From an uncultured Hyphomicrobiaceae bacterium (GTDB lineage: Bacteria > Pseudomonadota > Alphaproteobacteria > Rhizobiales > Hyphomicrobiaceae), in contig CAYMEB010000001.1 of the NCBI GenBank assembly GCA_964389095.1, positions 31,594 to 95,593 on the forward strand: 64,000 nucleotides of DNA, given 5' to 3'. The stretch's first letter is position 1. Each line of letters opens with the position of its first letter. Of the stretch, positions 19,158 to 27,192 are shown piece by piece. The position numbers were made by a program, and so were the translations under genes. The notes below the pieces were generated by a model. It was not told the origin of the DNA. It saw only the letters and a list, made by a program, of their open reading frames with translations, and did not search any database.

Positions 19158-20738
19158 TCAGCCTCTCTTGAGCTGGACCGCGACGAAGCGCGAGACTTCG
19201 CCCGTCTTGACGCGCAGCAGAACCGCGCGCCGTCCGAGTTTCTGCGCTTCCTCCACGCCCTTGGTCAGGTCGGCGGCGGAGGCGACCGGCTGGCTCGACA
19301 CCTCGAGGATGACGTCGCCGGCGCGGATGCCCTTCGCGGCGGCATCCGAACCCGTCTCGACCTCGGTGACGACGAGGCCTTCGCGTACGCCCTTGGCCTG
19401 CGCGGAGCCGGGATTCGCCAGAGACACGCCGAGCTGCGACAGCGTCACTGCCGGTGCGGCCTTGGGGGCTTCGGCCTTGGCCGGGGTCGGCTGCGGTCCG
19501 CTCGCATCCTTGAAGTCGCCGAGCTTGACGGAGATCGCTTCTTCCCGGCCCGAACGCAGCACCCGCACCTCGACGGTTGCGTTGGGCTGAAGTCCGGCGA
19601 TCTTGCGCGCGAGTTCACGGCTGTCGGCGATCTTCTCGCCGTTGACCGTGAGGATCGCGTCGCCGTTCTTGATGCCGGCTGCCGCGGCCGGTCCACCCGA
19701 TGTCACCTCGTTGACGAGCGCGCCCTTTGCGTCGGGAAGGCCGAGGCTCGCGGCGGTGTCCTCGTCGATGTTCTGGATCTTCACGCCGAGCCAGCCGCGG
19801 CTGACGGATCCTTGCGAGCGCAGCTGCTGGACGACTTCGGTCACTGTCCGCGACGGAACCGCGAATGCGATGCCGACATTTCCGCCGGAGGGCGAGTAGA
19901 TGGCGGTGTTAACGCCCACGACCTCACCATCGAGATTGAAGGTCGGGCCGCCGGAGTTGCCACGATTGACGGCCGCGTCGATCTGCAGAAAATCATAAGG
20001 ACCCGAGTTCACATCGCGGGCCAGAGCAGACACGATGCCCGCCGTGACCGTGCCGCCGAATCCGAACGGATTGCCGACCGCCAGGACCCAATCGCCCACG
20101 CGCGGTTCCTTCGGCGCGAACTTGACGGCCTGAAACTTGCGGTCCGATTTGAGCTTCAGCAGCGCGATGTCGGTGCGGCCGTCGGTGCCGACCAGCTCGG
20201 CTTCGAATTTTTCCCGGTTGTCGAACGTGACCTGGATCTTGGTTGCGCCGTCGATCACGTGATTGTTCGTGACCACGAAGCCGTCCTCCGAGATCACGAA
20301 GCCGGAGCCCTGCGACATCGAGGGCTGGTTGGGTGTGCCCGGCGCGCCGCGCGGCAGGTTCTTGAAGAACTCGTTGAGCGGGTGATCGTCCGGCAGACCA
20401 GGTATCCCGCCGAAGTTCTCCGGACGGCGCGGCTGCTGCTGCCCGCCGCGGGGGGGCTGTTGCTGCTGTTGCTGGGGCGCCTGGGCGACGGCGCGGCCGC
20501 CGGCGGTGACCTGGATGCTGACCACGGCTGGCTTGACGCGGTCCACGATGTCGGCGAACGACAGCGGCGCGCGACCGCCCTGGCCCGGAGTGAACTGGGC
20601 CTGGACGAGCGTTCCGCCCTGTGGCTTGAGCTGCTGGGCATTCGCGGAAAGAGCGATGCCGAGGCCGAGCGCACCTATAACGGCCGCGATCGCGATCCGG
20701 CGGGGCGTGCTCCGGGAATGGCGAGCAGGAGTGAGCAT
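19158..20738 (-). CDS. degP: Periplasmic serine endoprotease DegP/HtrA (Do family, two PDZ domains)
   Basis: Signal peptide, TNNHV / DIALLK / GNSGGP catalytic triad context, two PDZ regions. Start at M18 (GAGG SD) within ORF 19158..20789. Confidence 0.92.
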   Translation of the reverse strand: MLTPARHSRSTPRRIAIAAVIGALGLGIALSANAQQLKPQGGTLVQAQFTPGQGGRAPLSFADIVDRVKPAVVSIQVTAGGRAVAQAPQQQQQQPPRGGQQQPRRPENFGGIPGLPDDHPLNEFFKNLPRGAPGTPNQPSMSQGSGFVISEDGFVVTNNHVIDGATKIQVTFDNREKFEAELVGTDGRTDIALLKLKSDRKFQAVKFAPKEPRVGDWVLAVGNPFGFGGTVTAGIVSALARDVNSGPYDFLQIDAAVNRGNSGGPTFNLDGEVVGVNTAIYSPSGGNVGIAFAVPSRTVTEVVQQLRSQGSVSRGWLGVKIQNIDEDTAASLGLPDAKGALVNEVTSGGPAAAAGIKNGDAILTVNGEKIADSRELARKIAGLQPNATVEVRVLRSGREEAISVKLGDFKDASGPQPTPAKAEAPKAAPAVTLSQLGVSLANPGSAQAKGVREGLVVTEVETGSDAAAKGIRAGDVILEVSSQPVASAADLTKGVEEAQKLGRRAVLLRVKTGEVSRFVAVQLKRG

Positions 20739-20860
20739 ACGTGCACCTCTCAGGTTGGGCGTCTGTATCGTGGTTCCCGGACGTTCCAAGCCCGGACGCC
20801 GGGACCTCTCCCTGGCTCAATAGGCGAAAGCGCCTTACGGCACCATTTCGGCCGGGTTAA

Positions 20861-22039
20861 ATGTTGGTAATGATCGCCACACGAACCCCGCATGCGCCGA
20901 ACGGCCTTTCCCGACCAGCGCCAACTCCGGCTGCGGCCCTGGCCATCGGATGCGCCATTGCGCTGAACGTCGCGTTCTGCAGTGGATCGGCGCTGGCCGG
21001 TCCGCCCGCCGCCTCGGCCTCGGCCCTGCCGGCTCCTCCGGTACAGCGCGTCGCAGTCTTCGGTACCGACGACCGTGTGCCGCCGCCGGCCGCCTTCGAC
21101 GGCGCCGTGCAGGGGATTGGACTGCTCTTCGATCCCCGGTCGCGCTCGGTGTGTACGGCGTTTTGCGTCGCCGACGCCGTCGTAGCGACCGCCGCGCACT
21201 GTCTCTACCGGCCGTCCGCAAAGACCGTTCCGCGGCCGTCGGACTTCTGGTTCGGGCGGAGTTTCGATCGGACGCGTGACCTCAGTCGGATCGAGGGCTA
21301 TGCGAACGCCAGCGCGCCCGCCAGCATCGTGGCCGGGACCGAACGCGTGAGCACCGAACCGCCGATTACGGCGACCGGAGACTGGGCGCTGGTGCGGCTG
21401 GCGAAGCCGGTCTGCAAGGGGCGCAACCTCCTGCTCATGGAAACAACGCGGGAGGACGTCGCGAAAGCCGCCGCGGAGGGGCGCTTCTTCCAGCTGTCCT
21501 ATCACCGGGATTTCCAGCAGTGGCGCGTCGCCTATTCAGGGCGCTGCGCACTCGTGGTTCCGACGGCGGACGAGGCCGACGGTTTCTTCTCCGAATTCGC
21601 CCGTCCCGAGCAACTGCTGCTGCATCAGTGTGACACTGGTGGTGCCTCTTCCGGCTCCCCTCTCCTCGTCGACGTAGGGGGCTCCTATCGGGTCGTCGGC
21701 ATCAATATCGGAACGTACGTGCAGTCCCGATCGCTCCTTCAAAACGGCGAAGTCGTTCGCCGGCTCGAACCCGAAACCGTGGCCAATACCGGAATTCTCG
21801 TGTCGGCCTTCGCGGGCAGGGTCGGTCCCCTGGCCGCGGCCGGCCTGGCTTCCTCGAGGCAGGATCTGCGCCGGCTGCAGGCCCGTCTGGCGGCGAGGGG
21901 ACACTACGCGGGCCCGGTCGACGGCGTGTTCCGGGAGAGCCTGCGGGCGGCAATCGAGCGTTACGAGGCTGCCGAGGGCCTTCCCGTGACCGGAATTGCG
22001 GGCAAGGAACTGCTCCGCCGGATGCCCGCCACCCGGTGA
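20861..22039 (+). CDS. Secreted trypsin-like (S1) serine protease fused to a C-terminal peptidoglycan-binding domain
   Basis: Signal-like N-terminus. VATAAHC (His), GDWALVRL (Asp), GGASSGSPLL (Ser). C-terminal LQARLAARGHYAGPVDGVFRESLRAAIERYEAAEGLPVTG is PG_binding_1-like. Confidence 0.75.
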   Translation: MLVMIATRTPHAPNGLSRPAPTPAAALAIGCAIALNVAFCSGSALAGPPAASASALPAPPVQRVAVFGTDDRVPPPAAFDGAVQGIGLLFDPRSRSVCTAFCVADAVVATAAHCLYRPSAKTVPRPSDFWFGRSFDRTRDLSRIEGYANASAPASIVAGTERVSTEPPITATGDWALVRLAKPVCKGRNLLLMETTREDVAKAAAEGRFFQLSYHRDFQQWRVAYSGRCALVVPTADEADGFFSEFARPEQLLLHQCDTGGASSGSPLLVDVGGSYRVVGINIGTYVQSRSLLQNGEVVRRLEPETVANTGILVSAFAGRVGPLAAAGLASSRQDLRRLQARLAARGHYAGPVDGVFRESLRAAIERYEAAEGLPVTGIAGKELLRRMPATR

Positions 22040-22157
22040 GGTCCCCGACGTGTTCCCGGACCCGGCCACTGCGGCGCGACGGAAATCATGCCGCCCCTGC
22101 GTTCAGGTGTCGAAGCGCCGCCAATCCCCCAGAGCCGGCGCAGCTTGGAGAGACATC

Positions 22158-23192
22158 ATGACACGACGCAAGAAGATCATGCTGGCGGCTGGCATCCTGC
22201 TCGCCGCAGGTACGGTAGCGGCCATTTCAGCTGGTGGTCCGGACGGCTGGCGCCAGCGCCACGGCGGCGACGGTTCCGGCATGGGATACGGCATGGGCGG
22301 CCGCCACGGCTTCGGCCCCCAGGGCTTCGGCCCGATGGGCGGCGACGACATGGGTGGCCGGCGCGGCATGTTCGGTCGCGGCAATCTGACGAAGGACGAG
22401 TTCGAGACCCGGGCGCGGGAACGTTTCGCACGGATCGACAAGAACGGGGATGGCGTGCTCGATCTCGCCGAGATCGAGGCTGCGCTCGCCGCGGGCGCCG
22501 AGGGCCGTCGCGGCTTCATGGGACGGGAACGTGGCGGCGATCCCTCGCGGCGCATCGCGTCGATGCTCGGCGGGAAGGATGGCAAGACGACCCGGCAGCA
22601 GGCGCTCGATACTGCGGCGCGCCTGTTCGACGAGATGGATCTCGACCGTGACGGGCGTATCACCGATGCCGATCTCCCGCCGATGATGCGCGGCAGAGGT
22701 GGCCTTGCCGGCCGTGAAGGTCAAGGCATGGGCCGCGGTCCGCTCGGAGACCTGGCGCGCGAGGCGGCGGGCGCGGACGGCACGATTTCGAAGGATGCGT
22801 TTCTCGCGGCGGCCGGTCGCAGGTTCGATCGTTTCGACCGCAACCGGGACGGCACGATCGACAGCGCGGATTTTGCCGCCTTGCGCAAGGAGACCGTCGA
22901 CTATCAGGTCAAACGCTTCCTGCATCGCTTCGGTGCGACCGGCAGCGACAAAGTCACCCGCGAACAGTTCATGGCACGTAGCGCCGAGCGCTTCGCGCGT
23001 CTCGATGCGAACGGCGATGGTGTCGTGACCTCGGACGAGCGTCCGTTCGGTCGTCACATGGAAGACGGTCGCCAGGGCGGAATGCGCGAGCGGATGCGCG
23101 GCTGGTGGGGTGGCGAAGGACGTCAGCCTTCCGGTGGCCCCGCCGAACGCGGCCCCGCGCCCGGCATGCCGCCGCAGCCGCCGCGCAACTGA
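22158..23192 (+). CDS. Membrane-anchored EF-hand calcium-binding protein
   Basis: GGAG SD then MTRRKKIMLAAGILLAAGTVAAI anchor, a Gly/Met-rich linker, and four EF loops: DKNGDGVLDLAE, DLDRDGRITDAD, DRNRDGTIDSAD, DANGDGVVTSDE. Confidence 0.8.
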   Translation: MTRRKKIMLAAGILLAAGTVAAISAGGPDGWRQRHGGDGSGMGYGMGGRHGFGPQGFGPMGGDDMGGRRGMFGRGNLTKDEFETRARERFARIDKNGDGVLDLAEIEAALAAGAEGRRGFMGRERGGDPSRRIASMLGGKDGKTTRQQALDTAARLFDEMDLDRDGRITDADLPPMMRGRGGLAGREGQGMGRGPLGDLAREAAGADGTISKDAFLAAAGRRFDRFDRNRDGTIDSADFAALRKETVDYQVKRFLHRFGATGSDKVTREQFMARSAERFARLDANGDGVVTSDERPFGRHMEDGRQGGMRERMRGWWGGEGRQPSGGPAERGPAPGMPPQPPRN

Positions 23193-23371
23193 GGCTGAGA
23201 TCGTCGTGTTGCCCCTGGCGGAATGCACATGGGTGACGCATGGTGGATGGGGCCGGTGCTCCGCGCCGGCCTCGGGCGAGCGATGACATGACAAGCGCGC
23301 ATCAGCGAATGGCGATCGCGTCGACGACCGAGAGGCCCTTGCTCCGACGAACGACGGCAGGCACCCGAGGA

Positions 23372-24001
23372 ATGCACGAGGGCGATCACCCTGACGCCAC
23401 GCCGGACGCCGCCGATGCGACCACGGCAGCCCATGCGCAGGCGGCCGAGGACGTTCGGCTCGTTTCGGCCGTGGCGCAGGGCGATGCCGTCGCGTTTCGT
23501 CGCCTGGTCGACCTCCATCTGGGGGCGTGCGTCGCGACGGGGCGGCGACTTCTCGATGAGGTGGCGGAATCCGAGGACGTCGCGCAGGAAGCCTTCCTGC
23601 GGTTGTGGCGGAATGCTGCGACGCTTCAGGTAGGGCCGAACGGAATCCGGCCCTGGTTGCGTCGCGTGACGGCCAATCTGGCGATCGACCGGTTGCGCGC
23701 ACGACGGAGCGTCACTCCGGTCGATGAGGTGCCGGACCAGCCGGTCCGCGCCGCGCAGGAGGATGGGCTGGTGGCAGCCGATCTGACGCGGACGGTGCAG
23801 CAGGCACTGGCTGATCTGCCCGAGCGCCAGCGTGTCGCGATTTCGCTGTTCCACTTCGAGGGACTGAGTCAGGTCGAGGTCGGGCGTGCGATGGGCGTTT
23901 CCGACGAGGCGGTGGAGTCGCTGCTGGGCCGTGGCCGGCGGGCGTTACGAGCCGCGTTACGGGGTGAATGGCGGGCGTTGCTGCCCGACCAGCAGGAGTG
24001 A
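23372..24001 (+). CDS. ECF-type RNA polymerase sigma-70 factor
   Basis: Region 2 (DVAQEAFLRLW...WLRRVTANLAIDRLR) and region 4 (LPERQRVAISLFHFEGLSQVEVGRAMGVSDEAVESLLGRGRRAL). Start uncertain (23288 or 23372). Confidence 0.85.
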   Translation: MHEGDHPDATPDAADATTAAHAQAAEDVRLVSAVAQGDAVAFRRLVDLHLGACVATGRRLLDEVAESEDVAQEAFLRLWRNAATLQVGPNGIRPWLRRVTANLAIDRLRARRSVTPVDEVPDQPVRAAQEDGLVAADLTRTVQQALADLPERQRVAISLFHFEGLSQVEVGRAMGVSDEAVESLLGRGRRALRAALRGEWRALLPDQQE

Positions 24002-24057
24002 TGGGGCGTGTGGCATCGGGCGGAACATGCTATCCGCGTATGTCCGGGAGGTAAGGG

Positions 24058-24594
24058 ATGAACGAGACGACGAAGCCTATGGACGAACGCGAGTTTGCCG
24101 CCCTTGCAGAAGCGTTCGGCGGCGACCTTTCTCGCTGGCCGGCGCCGCGGAGATCCGCCGCCCGAGAGTTCGCGGCGCGCAGTCCTGAAGCGGCGGCTGT
24201 CATCGCGCAGGCCCGTGCGCTCGACCGCTTGCTGTCGGTCACCGATCGGGATGCGCCTGCGGCTCCTGCGTTGGCCGACCGCATCGTCGCCGCTGCCCGG
24301 CGCACGCCGCGCATGGTGCATGTGGATAGCCGGGCTTCTCCGACGGCCGCCTCGGCGGCCGGACCGGCCAGCGATGGCGCGCGCCGCGATGCGCGGAGTG
24401 TTCGCCGCGGGCCCGGTCGCGAGGTCTGGCCCAGTGCGGCGGTGCTTGCCGCCTGCATGCTCATCGGTGTCTTCGTCGGCGGATCGCGATTTGCCGACGG
24501 CGCGTTGCCGGCCATCGAGGAGTACACCGGACTGAGCCTGACATCTCCCGTGCAAGGGCTGGTGCTGGCAGTCGGTGAGGTGGAGGAGGACTGA
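24058..24594 (+). CDS. Putative single-pass anti-sigma factor
   Basis: Called from its position directly after the ECF sigma, a GGGAGG SD, a cytoplasmic N-terminus and one TM helix (VWPSAAVLAACMLIGVFVGG). There is no HxxxCxxC zinc motif. Confidence 0.55.
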   Translation: MNETTKPMDEREFAALAEAFGGDLSRWPAPRRSAAREFAARSPEAAAVIAQARALDRLLSVTDRDAPAAPALADRIVAAARRTPRMVHVDSRASPTAASAAGPASDGARRDARSVRRGPGREVWPSAAVLAACMLIGVFVGGSRFADGALPAIEEYTGLSLTSPVQGLVLAVGEVEED

Positions 24595-24596
24595 AC

Positions 24597-25115
24597 ATGA
24601 GCGAGGTAGGCTCAGGTTCTGCGCCCACGCGTCTGCCCCGTTGGGCCGTCGTGCTTCTGGTCGCGTCGCTAGCGCTCAATCTGCTCGTCGTCGGGGCGGT
24701 CGGCGGCGCGATGTTCCGCTATGGACCGCAAGGCGGGTGGGGCGGACGCCATCCTGGTGGAAACGCGCTTGGGTTCGTCGCGACACTGCCGGCCGAGCGG
24801 CGTCAGCAGTTGCTCTCCTCGCTCGATGTCCAGCGCCAGCAATTGATCGCCCTGCGCAGCGATCTGAGGCTTGCGACGAGGGCGCGCCAGGAAGCGCTCG
24901 CGGCAGAGCCTTTCGAGCGCGCACGGCTTGTTCAGGCACAACAGCGCCTGCTCGCTGCGGACGCCCGGTTGCGTGAGAAACTGGGAGATTTCCTGGTCGA
25001 GACGGCGAGCAAGCTGACCCCCGAGGAGCGTCGGCGTCTGATGCGCTGGCGCGGCATGGACCGCAAGGGGCTTCCGCTCGAAGAGGAGGGTCGCGAGCCA
25101 GGACCTCGCCGTTAG
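24597..25115 (+). CDS. Periplasmic CpxP/Spy-family (LTXXQ-type) sensor/chaperone-like protein
   Basis: Starts 2 nt after the anti-sigma gene. N-terminal anchor WAVVLLVASLALNLLVV. Helical, Arg/Gln-rich, with LPAERRQQL and LTPEERRRL motifs. Confidence 0.65.
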   Translation: MSEVGSGSAPTRLPRWAVVLLVASLALNLLVVGAVGGAMFRYGPQGGWGGRHPGGNALGFVATLPAERRQQLLSSLDVQRQQLIALRSDLRLATRARQEALAAEPFERARLVQAQQRLLAADARLREKLGDFLVETASKLTPEERRRLMRWRGMDRKGLPLEEEGREPGPRR

Positions 25116-25159
25116 ACCGTTTCTGCGAACGTGACGGCGCCGCCCCGCGCGCGGCGCGC

Positions 25160-25198
25160 AAAAAAAATGGGCGTCCAGGTGGGCAATCCTGGGCGCCC
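25160..25198 (-). terminator. Rho-independent terminator downstream of the MarR-family gene
   Basis: On the minus strand, an 11-bp stem (25169-25179 pairs with 25188-25198, one G-U) and 8-nt loop are followed by A+T8 (25168-25160). It lies about 50 nt after the stop at 25249. Confidence 0.65.
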
Positions 25199-25248
25199 GA
25201 TCATCAGAGAGAAGAGAGTAGAAAGAAGTCGCTTGGCTTGGCGCGCCC

Positions 25249-25728
25249 TTACAGCGCGCCGAGTTTCTCTGCCTGCACGAGCAAGCCGTCGAGGATCGAG
25301 CGGCTCTCGGGGCCCATGGTGCGCACAGCGCGCGCCTGGGCGTCCTTCCACACCGGATAGGCCTTCTGGATCACGTCCTGCCCTTTTGGCGTCAGGTGCA
25401 GGCCGCGACCGCGCCGGCCGGCCGGCGGGTCCATTGTGAGATGTCCGAGCGCGAGCAACCGCTTGAGATTGCGGGAGAGCGTGGACTTCTCGATGTCGAG
25501 GCTGTGGCCGATTTCCACCGCCGTGATCCCATCTTGCTGCGCCAGCTGCGTCAGCAGGGTGAATTGGCTCGCGGTGATCCCGAGCGGGCGCATCGCGTCG
25601 TCGTAGACGCGGGTTATGATGCGGCTGAGCTGCCTGACGCGGGTGGCGAGGCAGGTCGAGGACGTCGCTTCCGCAATCTCCGTGATGGCGACCGGAGCCT
25701 TTGCGAGAGTAGGTGTCATGATGTTCAT
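25249..25728 (-). CDS. MarR-family transcriptional regulator
   Basis: Winged HTH: ITASQFTLLTQLAQQDGITAVEIGHSLDIEKSTLSRNLKRLLALGHL. GGGAGA SD before M13 of ORF 25249..25764. Confidence 0.88.
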   Translation of the reverse strand: MNIMTPTLAKAPVAITEIAEATSSTCLATRVRQLSRIITRVYDDAMRPLGITASQFTLLTQLAQQDGITAVEIGHSLDIEKSTLSRNLKRLLALGHLTMDPPAGRRGRGLHLTPKGQDVIQKAYPVWKDAQARAVRTMGPESRSILDGLLVQAEKLGAL

Positions 25729-25822
25729 TTCGGTCTCCCGATCACAGGGCAGAACCCGACGCATTACCTACAGGCACCACGGCATTGATCGAACAGTGGT
25801 GCGATTCGAGACGGATTTGCAA

Positions 25823-27034
25823 TCAGTTGGGCGCGTTGGGGTGCTCGATTGCGCTAGATGGGAATACAACTGTGGCAGTAGCGAGGGCGGCGATGCCTTC
25901 GCGGCGGCCGGGGAATCCCAAGCCCTCGGTGGTGGTAGCCTTGACGCTGACCCGGTCGGCGGCAATCCCCGCGGCCTGGGCGATCGCGGCACACATCTCG
26001 CGGCGGTGAGGGGCCACTTTCGGGGCTTCGCAGAGCAGGGTTACGTCGATGTTGCTGATCCGCCCGCCTCGGTCCGTCACGCGTCGGGCCGCGTCGGCGA
26101 GGAACTGGGCCGAGCGGGCGCCTCGCCACCGGGGGTCTGTGTTCTTGAAGTGTTCGCCGATGTCGGCGTCGCTGATGGTGCCGAGCAGGGCATCGGTTGC
26201 GGCGTGCATCCCTACGTCCGCGTCCGAGTGGCCTTCGAGAGTCGAAGTGTGGGGAATGCGGATTCCGCACAACCAGACATGATCGCCCGGCACGAGACGG
26301 TGCACGTCGAAGCCCTGTCCGGTGCGCACATCCGGCAGGTCTGGCGCCGATAGACGCGCTCGAGCCATCTCCATGTCCTCCTGCTCGGTGATCTTCAGGT
26401 TGGCCGGACCGCACTCGATCAGCGTCACGGTCATCCCGGCCCATTCCGCGATCGCCGCATCGTCGGTGAAGTCGTCACGTCCGCTGGCTTGCGCGCGCGC
26501 ATGGGCCGTCACGATCGGTTCGTACGAAAAGCCTTGGGGCGTCTGGGCCCGCCAGAGGTCCTGGCGGGGAATGGTCTCGACGATCGCGCCTGACGCGTCG
26601 GAGCGCTTCAGGGTGTCGGTCAGGCGGGTCGCGGCGATTGCGCCACGCTGCGGCGTCACCGCGGCGATCACCTCGCCGATGGCGCCGGCGGATACGAACG
26701 GTCGCGCGGCGTCGTGGATCAGCACGACATGGGGTTTCTCGGTGCCGATGGCCGCCAACCCATTGCGGACGGAGGCCTGCCGAGTAGCGCCTCCGGTCGC
26801 CGGCCGGAGCAGCTTCGGGTGCGATGCGAGGCCGCCGAGCGCGGTGCGGCACAGCTCCGCTTCGCCCTCGCGGGTCACCAGAAGGACCCGGTCGACGAGG
26901 GGATGGCGCAGAAACGGCTCGGTCGCGCGGGCGAGGACCGTGCGCCCGGCGAGCAGGCGATACTGCTTGGCAGGTCCGCCGTCGCTCATCCTCGTGCCGC
27001 TTCCGGCTGCGACGATGATGGCGGCGACGGTCAT
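25823..27034 (-). CDS. ispDF: Bifunctional 2-C-methyl-D-erythritol 4-phosphate cytidylyltransferase / MEcPP synthase
   Basis: N-terminal IspD (AAIIVAAGSGTRM) and C-terminal IspF (GQGFDVHRL...GHSDADVGMHA). Start at M44 of ORF 25823..27163. Confidence 0.93.
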   Translation of the reverse strand: MTVAAIIVAAGSGTRMSDGGPAKQYRLLAGRTVLARATEPFLRHPLVDRVLLVTREGEAELCRTALGGLASHPKLLRPATGGATRQASVRNGLAAIGTEKPHVVLIHDAARPFVSAGAIGEVIAAVTPQRGAIAATRLTDTLKRSDASGAIVETIPRQDLWRAQTPQGFSYEPIVTAHARAQASGRDDFTDDAAIAEWAGMTVTLIECGPANLKITEQEDMEMARARLSAPDLPDVRTGQGFDVHRLVPGDHVWLCGIRIPHTSTLEGHSDADVGMHAATDALLGTISDADIGEHFKNTDPRWRGARSAQFLADAARRVTDRGGRISNIDVTLLCEAPKVAPHRREMCAAIAQAAGIAADRVSVKATTTEGLGFPGRREGIAALATATVVFPSSAIEHPNAPN

Positions 27035-27192
27035 GGCGGATCTCCCGGTCTGCAGGCGCCACTTAAGCGCCGCGGGCCGCCAGCGCAATCGGGCGCAGGC
27101 CGTGTGGACGGGCGCCGAAAAAACTTGCCCGAGTCCGTGTCGCGCGCTAATCTGCCTAAACATTCAGCAACTGAGCAGAATGATCAAAAATT

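Noticed and set aside
20750-20787. Sigma-E/ECF-like promoter on the minus strand upstream of degP: GGAAC (20777-20773)-N18-CCTGA (20754-20750), the same spacing as the E. coli degP GGAACTT-N16-TCTGA. A second GGAAC lies at 20787-20783.
   Set aside because: The -10-like element ends only 11 nt before the ATG at 20738 and overlaps the only SD (GAGG). A transcript from it would be nearly leaderless and would lack the SD. It is also a single occurrence with no matching motif upstream of the neighbouring ECF-cluster genes. TSS mapping would be needed.
20857-20871. CtrA-box-like TTAA-N7-TAAT at 20857-20871, and TTAA-N7-TGAA at 6609-6623.
   Set aside because: These are half-matches only. The first overlaps the protease start codon. 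TTAA is rare here, but single imperfect sites are not evidence.
22095-22125. ECF-like GGAAA...CGTT motif upstream of the EF-hand gene (cgacGGAAATcatgccgcccctgCGTTc).
   Set aside because: The spacing between the -35-like and CGTT elements is 14 nt rather than the 16-17 nt typical of ECF promoters, and the -35 is degenerate.
23220-23377. Repeated 9-mer GGAATGCAC at 23220-23228 and 23369-23377, with similar flanks, upstream of and at the ECF sigma start.
   Set aside because: By rough expectation, dozens of such short nearby repeats occur by chance in 64 kb. Neither copy has a correctly spaced -10 element.
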